Made by a program: the position numbers and the translations under genes | The notes under the pieces: model-generated | What the model saw: only the letters and a program-made list of their open reading frames with translations | What the model was told of the DNA's origin: nothing | Database searches by the model: none | In this document: positions 25,658 to 32,000 of the stretch, piece by piece | How positions within the stretch are numbered: position 1 is the stretch's first letter | Layout of the letters: each line of letters opens with the position of its first letter | Source of the DNA: Thermoprotei archaeon | GTDB lineage: Archaea; Thermoproteota; Thermoprotei_A; Marsarchaeales; UBA168 | Assembly (NCBI GenBank): GCA_049976325.1 | Contig: JBMFIL010000002.1 | Span: 15,177-47,176 of the forward strand | DNA length: 32,000 nt | Direction of reading: 5' to 3'

Positions 25658-26497
25658 ATGAAGGTAAGAATTTTAGAGGCCGAGTTTGACGATCCTTATT
25701 ACAATCTGGCCGTGGAGGAGGCCATACCATTAGCCGTTGGACGCGGCATATCAGATCCCACGCTGAGGTTCTGGAGGAACAAGAACGCCGTGGTCATAGG
25801 TAGGTTCCAGTGCCCAGAGCTGGAGGTAGACCTAAGGCTGGCTGCAGAGAAGGGAGTAAGGGTTGTGAGAAGGTTCACTGGAGGCGGAGCGGTTTACCAC
25901 GATAGAGGAAACGTGAACTACGCGCTTTCTTTGAGGTCTGACGCAAACCCAGACATGCGGGCCTACTTTGAAATGGTGGGAAAATCCGTCGCCGCTGGGC
26001 TAAACAAGTTAGCGGGTCCTGGCTTCTCCTACGTCCCTCTAAACGACATCGCCTACAGGGAGAGCAAGGTCTCGGGTCTGGCGGCTTCCGTGGGCGAGGG
26101 CTACGTTTTCGTTCATGGAGCACTTCTGGCGAACGTTGATCTCAGCCTGCTTTCATCCGTGCTTAGGCCTCCTCCTGAGAAGTTCGAGGGTAAGGCGGTC
26201 AGGAGCGTGGCAAAAAGGGTAATCAACCTATCCGAGATAGCTGGGAGAAACGTAACGTTCGAGGAAGTAAGGGATGCCATAGTGGAAGGTTTCAAGGAAG
26301 TAATGGGCTTCGAACCCTACAGGGACGAGCTATCAGATGAGGAGGAAAAGATAGCAGATCAACTGTACAAGGACAAGTACTCCACGCTGGAATGGAGCCT
26401 CGGCTCCCTCACTCTGTGCCCAACTACGCCAGAGGAGAGAGAGTTGATAAGAAAGGTCAGCTTAGGAAAACGAGGTGAAAGCTATGACCATAACTAG
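25658..26497 (+). CDS. lplA: Lipoate-protein ligase A, catalytic (N-terminal) domain protein
   Basis: RRFTGGGAVYHDRGNVNYAL and the lysine block ESKVSGLAAS are LplA/BPL_LplA_LipB motifs. 279 aa, with no accessory domain. Confidence 0.85.
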   Translation: MKVRILEAEFDDPYYNLAVEEAIPLAVGRGISDPTLRFWRNKNAVVIGRFQCPELEVDLRLAAEKGVRVVRRFTGGGAVYHDRGNVNYALSLRSDANPDMRAYFEMVGKSVAAGLNKLAGPGFSYVPLNDIAYRESKVSGLAASVGEGYVFVHGALLANVDLSLLSSVLRPPPEKFEGKAVRSVAKRVINLSEIAGRNVTFEEVRDAIVEGFKEVMGFEPYRDELSDEEEKIADQLYKDKYSTLEWSLGSLTLCPTTPEERELIRKVSLGKRGESYDHN

Positions 26498-26858
26498 GGT
26501 TACTGGCTCGGTCAAGTCCAAGGAGGGAAAGCTTGTTAGGGTCTCCGTTTACTATGCACCTCAGGGTGTCGACTCCGTGATGATCACGGGGGACTTCTTC
26601 ATGGAACCCCCGGAAGCCCTCGACGAGTTAATGAAAGCACTGAAGGGATCTCCAGTGCATCAAGTGCCCAGCAAGGTAAAGGAGTACCTTGAGCGCAAGA
26701 GGCCGTTGATGGTTGGAGTTAGCGCCGAAGACTTCGTAACCGCCTTTCAGAGGGCAATAACGAACGGAGAAAAGGAAATCATAGATCGACATCGGTACGC
26801 CTGTCTCCCCTCGCACATCAGGCAAATGATGAAACTTTTTCCTCAAGCTCTTTCTTGA
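26475..26858 (+). CDS. lplB: Lipoate-protein ligase accessory (C-terminal) domain protein, stand-alone
   Basis: 127-aa ORF overlapping lplA by 23 nt. ITGDFFMEPPEALDEL resembles the LplA C-terminal domain. The split arrangement is known from Thermoplasma acidophilum LplA/LplB. Confidence 0.65.
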   Translation: MKAMTITRVTGSVKSKEGKLVRVSVYYAPQGVDSVMITGDFFMEPPEALDELMKALKGSPVHQVPSKVKEYLERKRPLMVGVSAEDFVTAFQRAITNGEKEIIDRHRYACLPSHIRQMMKLFPQALS

Positions 26859-27705
26859 GATCCGAGAGGAACCTTGCCCCTTCCGCTCCGTCGAAAACCC
26901 TGTGATCCATGGAAAGCGTGAAGTAAGCATGCCCGTTTTCCCTTACGCGCCCCACGCCAAGGATAGCCGTTTGAGGGGGATTTATTATTGGAACGAAGAA
27001 CTCAACGCCAAAGGACCCAAGGTTGCTAACCGTGAAGGTACCTCCGGTCAGGTCGTAGAGCTCTATCTGACCATCCCTTGCCTTTTGGGCCAGCTCGCTT
27101 ATCTCCGACGTTATTTGGGATAAAGTCTTGGTTTCCGCCTGACCTATGACCGGCGCGTAAAGCCCTCTTGGGGTATCCACTGCCACGCAAACGTTTGCCT
27201 CATCCGCGATCAATATAGTTTCCTCCTCAAATATTGAGTTGACGTAGGGATGCCTCATGAGGGCAGTTGCGCAAGCCTTAACTATGTAGGCATTGATGGA
27301 TGGCTTAGACGGCCTTTTCTCCCTGTCGGAAAGGACGGAGCTCATGTTCACGTCAGCGGTCAGATAGGCCGCCGGTATCTCCCTGTGAGAGTAAGATAAC
27401 CTTTCGCTTATTGTTCTCCTTATGCCATCTAGGGGAACCCTCTCCCTGATCTTGGGAGTTCTAACGCTCAAACTTCTTCGACCTAGCTCTGCTATTTTTG
27501 TGCCCACCTTAACCCTGCTTCCCTCTGCCACTAGGATCTTGAGGGTTCCAGAGACAGGGGCTTTGACGTCAAAGGTCGTCTTCGCCCCTTCAACCGTGGC
27601 TATGCTGTCGCCAGCGTTCACTACGTCCCCGTCCTTCTTTTTCCACTTGAGCAACTTTATGGTCTCCGTTGATGGGTCAACCCTCGGTGCGAAAACGTCG
27701 GTCAT
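26818..27705 (-). CDS. 2-oxoacid dehydrogenase E2 (dihydrolipoamide acyltransferase), short form: lipoyl domain plus catalytic domain
   Basis: A lipoyl domain with the lysine in ATVEGAKTTFDVKAPVSG (K42) and a catalytic domain with SMDHRVFDGAEGARFL. Only ~13 residues separate the two domains. 295 aa. Confidence 0.8.
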   Translation of the reverse strand: MTDVFAPRVDPSTETIKLLKWKKKDGDVVNAGDSIATVEGAKTTFDVKAPVSGTLKILVAEGSRVKVGTKIAELGRRSLSVRTPKIRERVPLDGIRRTISERLSYSHREIPAAYLTADVNMSSVLSDREKRPSKPSINAYIVKACATALMRHPYVNSIFEEETILIADEANVCVAVDTPRGLYAPVIGQAETKTLSQITSEISELAQKARDGQIELYDLTGGTFTVSNLGSFGVEFFVPIINPPQTAILGVGRVRENGHAYFTLSMDHRVFDGAEGARFLSDLKKELEEKVSSFA

Positions 27706-27710
27706 TGCGC

Positions 27711-28694
27711 TTACCCCATAAGTGATTCGGCTGCGCGTAAGAGCTTATCTTCATCTATCATGTACTGAGACTCGAGGAAGGGGGATGTCGGCACGTGGAC
27801 CTCTGGTGGGTGAAGCCTCAAAATCGGCTTCTTCAGATTGCCATAGCAGAGTTCATAAACATCGGCCGCTATTTCTGAGGCCACGCTTGAGTTCTCATGC
27901 TCATCCGATGCTATCAAAAGCCTTCCCGTCTTGCGAACCGATTCGGCGATGGTCTTAACGTCAAGCGGCCTGACCGTCAGGGGATCGATTATCTCTGCGC
28001 TTATTCCCCTCTTCTCAAGGTCTTGCGCAGCGTATATCGCCTCTGGTACAAGCCTTGACATCGCAACTATGGTTATGTCCTTCCCCTCTCTTACCACCTC
28101 GGCCTTTCCGAAGGGCACGACGTAGTCAACGTTTGGTACCTCCTCCTCGTAATCGAAGTAATGGTAAGAGGGTTCTATGAAAATGGTCGGCCTTTCATCT
28201 CTGAGCGCTTGCTTCAACAAGCCCTTTGCTACCCTCGGCCTTGATGGTAAAGCCACGTTTATTCCAACGATATTGGCGAACACCGATGGGAAGAACTGAG
28301 AGTGCTGCGGACCGTTGTGCCTTCCAAGGCTGTACTGGGTTCTCAGCACAAACGGGGCCGAAAGCTTTCCAGCACTCAAGAACCTCACCTGTGCTGCCTG
28401 GTTCATGATCTGCTCCAGCGCCAAAGGCGTGAAATCCATGTACATGATCTCAACCACTGGCCTAAGCCCCATCATGGCCGCTCCGACCCCAAACCCCGCT
28501 AGTGCTATCTCGCTTATGGGGCTATCTATAACCCTATTTGGCCCGAACTTCTCAAGCAAGCCCTTCGTTATGCCCATTATTCCTCCTGCAGCGGCCACGT
28601 CCTCGCCTATCACGATAACCTTGTCGTTCCTTTCCATTTCTTCCTTCAAACCTTCCCTTATCGCTTCAGCCATGTTCACTTCCATCTTTGACAC
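27711..28694 (-). CDS. 2-oxoacid dehydrogenase E1 component, beta subunit
   Basis: 327 aa. VIVIGEDVAAAGG, RVIDSPISEIALAGFGVGAAMMGLRPV and a transketolase C-terminal-like end. Tightly packed between the E1alpha and E2 genes. Confidence 0.85.
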   Translation of the reverse strand: MSKMEVNMAEAIREGLKEEMERNDKVIVIGEDVAAAGGIMGITKGLLEKFGPNRVIDSPISEIALAGFGVGAAMMGLRPVVEIMYMDFTPLALEQIMNQAAQVRFLSAGKLSAPFVLRTQYSLGRHNGPQHSQFFPSVFANIVGINVALPSRPRVAKGLLKQALRDERPTIFIEPSYHYFDYEEEVPNVDYVVPFGKAEVVREGKDITIVAMSRLVPEAIYAAQDLEKRGISAEIIDPLTVRPLDVKTIAESVRKTGRLLIASDEHENSSVASEIAADVYELCYGNLKKPILRLHPPEVHVPTSPFLESQYMIDEDKLLRAAESLMG

Positions 28695-28695
28695 C

Positions 28696-29727
28696 TCACA
28701 CTAGATCAAAGAGAGCCGAGAAGGGAAGTACTCCGTCCGACTCGGCGAACTTCTCAGCTCTCTTCACTTCCTCTTCGGCCCACTTCTCTACTTCCTCAAG
28801 GTCTTTCTCACTATACCCCTCGTTCATCAGCCTCTTTTTCATGAGCTCTATTGGATCCCTAGAAAGCCAGCGCCTTACCTCATCGGACGGCCTGTAGGTC
28901 GCCTCGTCATATGGGTTATGTCCCTTCATCCTATAGGTCACCGCCTCAACGAGCATCGGTTTGCCGTTCCTGACAGATTTTTCCGCCATCCTGGCTGCCC
29001 TGTAAACCGAAAGGGGGTCGTTGCCGTAAGCCACAAGAACATCTACGCCAAGGGACTCGGCCCTTTTCGCAATGCTTCCTCCCGACAGCACCTTCGACGT
29101 TCTGGTGTACTCGGCGTATAGGTTGTTTTCAACTACGAAAAGCACGGGTACCTTTAGGTAAGCGGCCATGTTTAGGCCCTCAAAGAAGGCCCCTATGTTC
29201 GCTGTGCCGTCGCCGAAGAAGGTTATGGTCAAGTTATCTGATCCTTCGTACTTCATCGCATAAGCCACCCCTACGGCTATGGGTATGTGGCTGCCCACTA
29301 TGGCAGTGGAGTAAAGTGCACCCTTACTTGGGTCCATTATGACGTGCATTGACCCAGCTAGGCCCCTTGCCACTCCTCCCTCCTTTCCATAAAGCTCGGC
29401 CATCACCCTTTCCGGATCTACGCCAAGAGCTAGGGCATGACCATGTCCTCTGTAAGTCCCAAGGACCATGTCACCTTTCTTCATGATCTCAACTACGGCC
29501 GGAGCTATGGCCTCTTCCCCTAGGTAGAGGTGAGAGAGGCCTCCAAGAACTCCCCTGGTAACGTAAAGGTCCTCGGCCTCCTTCTCGAACGCCCTTATCA
29601 GAACCATCTTCTTGAATATCCCAAATACCCTTTCCCGTGTAAGGCCAAAATCGGGGTACTCGTACGGACTTATCGATGGCACGTTTATCCTATCGTACCC
29701 TTCTTCTACTTCCATTTGGATCTCCAT
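28696..29727 (-). CDS. 2-oxoacid dehydrogenase E1 component, alpha subunit (TPP-binding)
   Basis: 343 aa. TPP motif FFGDGTANIGAFFEGLNMAAYLKVPVLFVVENN, YRGHGHAL and YRMKGHN blocks. Confidence 0.85.
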   Translation of the reverse strand: MEIQMEVEEGYDRINVPSISPYEYPDFGLTRERVFGIFKKMVLIRAFEKEAEDLYVTRGVLGGLSHLYLGEEAIAPAVVEIMKKGDMVLGTYRGHGHALALGVDPERVMAELYGKEGGVARGLAGSMHVIMDPSKGALYSTAIVGSHIPIAVGVAYAMKYEGSDNLTITFFGDGTANIGAFFEGLNMAAYLKVPVLFVVENNLYAEYTRTSKVLSGGSIAKRAESLGVDVLVAYGNDPLSVYRAARMAEKSVRNGKPMLVEAVTYRMKGHNPYDEATYRPSDEVRRWLSRDPIELMKKRLMNEGYSEKDLEEVEKWAEEEVKRAEKFAESDGVLPFSALFDLV

Positions 29728-29733
29728 TGTCCT

Positions 29734-29760
29734 CGTTATAACGCTGTTATACGTGTATAA
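29734..29760 (-). promoter_or_regulatory. A/T-rich palindromic promoter region of the E1alpha-E1beta-E2 operon
   Basis: A perfect palindrome CGTTATAACG lies at 29734-29743 and a near-perfect palindrome TTATACGTGTATAA at 29747-29760. The GTATAAC box (minus strand) is centred ~23 nt upstream of the ATG at 29727. Confidence 0.4.
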
Positions 29761-30089
29761 GCGTTTCGCCCTGCGCCCTACCCGCTCGGCAATCGAGAGC
29801 TAACTTGGCGCTTGGCCACGCCTTCCCCTGAGCCAATCTGCGCGCCGATGGGGCTCCCGACTTCGAATTCCCGCGACAACACGACGGAGACAAAAGGCCT
29901 GTCGGAAACAACCGAAGCCCTATCGCCTCAATCACGTGAAGATACCGGATCAGGTCTCCGTACACCGCCCCTAATTCTTTCAGCGACGTTAGGGACGGGC
30001 CTTGCCCGCCCAGCACAAGGTGAAAGATCGCATCACATCCTTGCACCTCGCATGCGGATAACCCTATCATGCAGTAAAAGCAGCAGGGC

Positions 30090-30097
30090 TTTTAAAT
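30090..30097 (+). promoter_or_regulatory. TATA box for tRNA-Ala
   Basis: TTTTAAAT is centred ~26 nt upstream of the mature tRNA 5' end at 30120. Confidence 0.55.
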
Positions 30098-30119
30098 GTC
30101 CTCTTGCAGTTATACTCGG

Positions 30120-30192
30120 GGGCCAATAGCTCAGCTGGAAGAGCGCTCGGTTTGCATCCGAGAGGTCGCGGGTTCAAATCCCGCTTGGTCCA
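30120..30192 (+). tRNA. tRNA-Ala (anticodon UGC), CCA not encoded
   Basis: Hand-folded cloverleaf. Acceptor stem GGGCCAA/TTGGTCC with the G3:U70 alanine identity pair. D arm GCTC-AGCTGGAA-GAGC. Anticodon stem CTCGG/CCGAG with loop TT-TGC-AT. T arm GCGGG-TTCAAAT-CCCGC. Discriminator A, followed by TCTC. Confidence 0.93.
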
Positions 30193-31403
30193 TCTCTTCC
30201 TTCGGGGTCGATCGTAGAAAGCACGTAAACGGCTGCCGCATAGAACGGTATGGACGCGGCAAACGTAATCACTGGTGACAGGACGTAGAGGAAACCAGAG
30301 AGAAGCTGAAATGGAGCAGTGCCAACCAGCGGTACAAGAGCAAACATGCCCATCCATCTTCCCCTTGCTTCCTTGGTAGTCAAGTTGCCCTGTAGGGTCT
30401 GTATCGAGGGGGAAAGCATGGCACCACTTACGCCTCCTGTAACGCTCCAGGCAAGCAGGTCCATCATGCCCGCGGCCGATACGAAAGTCAACATGCTCAG
30501 GGGCGAGAAAAGGGCTGAGAGAACCGCCGCCCTCCTCAATCCCAGCCTCTTAACGATGCCGGCTGCGGGGAGGACCAGTGCTGCTGTGACCAGCGAGCTC
30601 AACCCGATCAGTATTCCGTAATACGGTGGTGGCACTCTTAAGGAATTTATGACGTAAATAGATACGTAAACCGTTGAAAGGCCAGTGGCCATACTCGCAA
30701 GTAACGCGTAGAGCAGCAACTTCTTGGCGGCCGAGGGTGCGGTCTTGTAGGCAGTCAACGTCTCCTTTAGCCATGATATAGCGTCAAGCTTTACGCTGCG
30801 ATTTCCAACGTGGGTCTCCTCGAGGTTTCTCGCCCTCCAAAGGGTAGCAATGACTCCCAGAAGCCCTGACACAAAAAATCCTATTTTTAGCCCAATGAGC
30901 TCCCCGAACCTCTCTATCAGGAGCCCACCCACGTAGGGCATGAAGATCGACGGTATAGTTGTGATGAGGGTAAATGATGCAAAGGCCATAGGCCTCATAG
31001 TAGGTTCCACCGAGTCATTTATCGTTGCGTTGAAAGCGGGGGAATATATACCGGACAGAGCGCCGACTATTATTGGTATGAAAAGCATAGGCCAGGAAAA
31101 TATGAAGACGTAGATGAAGGAGGAAGCGGCCGCCACAACCGAGAAAGTCGTTATTATCCTCTTTCTCCCGTACGAGTCCGCTATGACGCCACCAACTATG
31201 TAAGACACGGCGGTAGTTGCGGAGCTCACAGCAGCAAGTATCCCAATGTAATAAGCCGGCGCCCCGAGCGCATAATAAAAAAGAGGCTGAAATGGATTGA
31301 CCATGCTTCCCCCTATGCTCCAAAAAGCCGCGCTCAAAGCAAGCACCCAGGAGTTACGTGAGAAGTAAAGCATGTGTCTAAGGCTCTTTATTGCCAGCAT
31401 CAA
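30174..31403 (-). CDS. MFS transporter (substrate unknown)
   Basis: 409-aa polytopic ORF with the loop signature GGVIADSYGRKRI. The last 19 nt, including the stop, overlap the 3' end of the convergent tRNA-Ala. Confidence 0.75.
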   Translation of the reverse strand: MMLAIKSLRHMLYFSRNSWVLALSAAFWSIGGSMVNPFQPLFYYALGAPAYYIGILAAVSSATTAVSYIVGGVIADSYGRKRIITTFSVVAAASSFIYVFIFSWPMLFIPIIVGALSGIYSPAFNATINDSVEPTMRPMAFASFTLITTIPSIFMPYVGGLLIERFGELIGLKIGFFVSGLLGVIATLWRARNLEETHVGNRSVKLDAISWLKETLTAYKTAPSAAKKLLLYALLASMATGLSTVYVSIYVINSLRVPPPYYGILIGLSSLVTAALVLPAAGIVKRLGLRRAAVLSALFSPLSMLTFVSAAGMMDLLAWSVTGGVSGAMLSPSIQTLQGNLTTKEARGRWMGMFALVPLVGTAPFQLLSGFLYVLSPVITFAASIPFYAAAVYVLSTIDPEGRDGPSGI

Positions 31404-31579
31404 AGCTCACCCTAAGCGCCTACGGGCGCACGCGTGAATTGTTCCGTCTTCAATAGTTTTGATTTCGATTTCCCAAATCTGAACAAGCGATTAGCTGAAA
31501 ACGATTGCAGAAGTGCGTCAAGAAGCATAACTCAGCTTCCCAATCGCATAAAAGATTTGACCCGAACAAGGTGCCTAGC

Positions 31580-31587
31580 TTTTATCT
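31580..31587 (+). promoter_or_regulatory. TATA box for ppcA
   Basis: TTTTATCT is centred ~23 nt upstream of the ATG at 31606. Confidence 0.4.
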
Positions 31588-31605
31588 AACCGCTTATTAC
31601 TAGCC

Positions 31606-32000
31606 ATGATACCTCGTACAATGTCAACACAGCACCCGGACAACGCGAACACGCCAAGGTGGGCCGGGCACGAAGTTCTGGAAGGTGAGGAGGAAGTTCA
31701 TGAGGCCTACCTCGCTTACAAGAGGTACGGTTGCCAAGAGGTCATGTGGGATGCCGAGGGAAAAGACGTGGATGCTCACGTTGTAAGAAAGCTGCTTTCC
31801 AAATACCCAACGTACTTCAAGAGGCACGTAATCGGCTTGGACGTTTTTTTGACCTATAGGCTGCCAAACCCTCGTTTGGAAAAGGCAGAGAGGAAGGTCT
31901 TAATGGAAACTTTGGACAACATACCCATGTCTTATGACGTTTCATCTGAGTTCTACGGAAAGAGCGCCCATGCACCAATATTTGAGGCCATAATGCCATT
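31606..32000 (+). CDS. ppcA: Archaeal-type phosphoenolpyruvate carboxylase, N-terminal fragment (continues beyond the window)
   Basis: This ORF is absent from the track because it has no stop in the window. My translation is [64 protein letters not shown]... The IPR-x-MSTQHPDN start and EVMWD-x-EGK block are what I recall as the conserved N-terminus of atPEPC. Confidence 0.8.
   Translation, partial: MIPRTMSTQHPDNANTPRWAGHEVLEGEEEVHEAYLAYKRYGCQEVMWDAEGKDVDAHVVRKLLSKYPTYFKRHVIGLDVFLTYRLPNPRLEKAERKVLMETLDNIPMSYDVSSEFYGKSAHAPIFEAIMP

Noticed and set aside
1280-28897. Numerous 60-165-aa ORFs inside or antisense to the large genes, for example 2520-3014, 12787-13152, 13422-13787, 19884-20237, 21303-21749 and 28315-28704
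   Set aside because: Each lies wholly within a longer ORF that has clear family motifs. Their products are low-complexity (Ser/Pro/Arg/Leu-rich), as expected for shadow frames.
29747-30129. Two overlapping ORFs (107 aa on the minus strand, 105 aa on the plus strand), considered as small protein genes upstream of the E1alpha operon
   Set aside because: They are rich in CGN, TCG and GCG codons that look atypical next to flanking genes. Their products are Pro/Arg/Ser/Gly-rich, and they occupy the same DNA on opposite strands. A short real peptide cannot be excluded for the first ~60 codons of the minus-strand ORF.
1-32000. A CRISPR array, IS element, prophage, integrase or defence island
   Set aside because: I saw no regularly spaced direct repeats, no transposase, integrase or Cas-like ORFs, and no terminal inverted repeats. 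The tRNA-Ala has no duplicated 3' half in the window.

Overview
This is an archaeal chromosomal segment of roughly 50% GC (hand estimate), densely packed with housekeeping and central-metabolism genes on both strands. I found no CRISPR array, transposase, integrase, toxin-antitoxin pair or recognisable defence module.

Archaeal origin is supported by:
- an archaeal-type PEP carboxylase N-terminus;
- methenyl-H4MPT cyclohydrolase (Mch);
- aTrm5;
- a split LplA/LplB lipoate ligase;
- a tRNA-Ala(UGC) without encoded CCA;
- TATA boxes ~22-26 nt upstream of many start codons, which indicates a leaderless layout.

Gene content, left to right:
- an MDR dehydrogenase fragment;
- gcvH-gcvPA-gcvPB;
- a Bcp peroxiredoxin;
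- five MFS transporters scattered through the window;
- Trm5;
- a hemerythrin-like protein;
- a Gfo/Idh/MocA oxidoreductase with an ABC ATPase and a fused double permease, but no binding protein;
- glyA with a GNAT gene;
- a DUF45 metallopeptidase;
- a small EncFtn-like ferritin;
- mch;
- a HAD hydrolase;
- an aldo/keto reductase;
- a DtxR-family repressor with an NRAMP transporter;
- a CitG-like protein;
- lplA/lplB;
- E1alpha/E1beta and a short E2 of a 2-oxoacid dehydrogenase;
- tRNA-Ala;
- the start of ppcA.

The theme is lipoyl-protein and C1 metabolism.

Five ORF-free spacers of 0.3-0.7 kb are not explained by the ORF map: about 3540-3956, 11100-11430, 20570-21239, 25140-25625 and 29765-30085. 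Because promoters here sit right next to start codons, these spacers are candidate structured-RNA loci or gene remnants. I could not assign any of them to a known RNA family by eye.

Other leads are an orphan EncFtn-like gene, a non-canonical NRAMP with palindromic operators, a minimal E2 lacking a subunit-binding domain, and a CitG-like gene without its usual partners. I cannot claim a new system with confidence.
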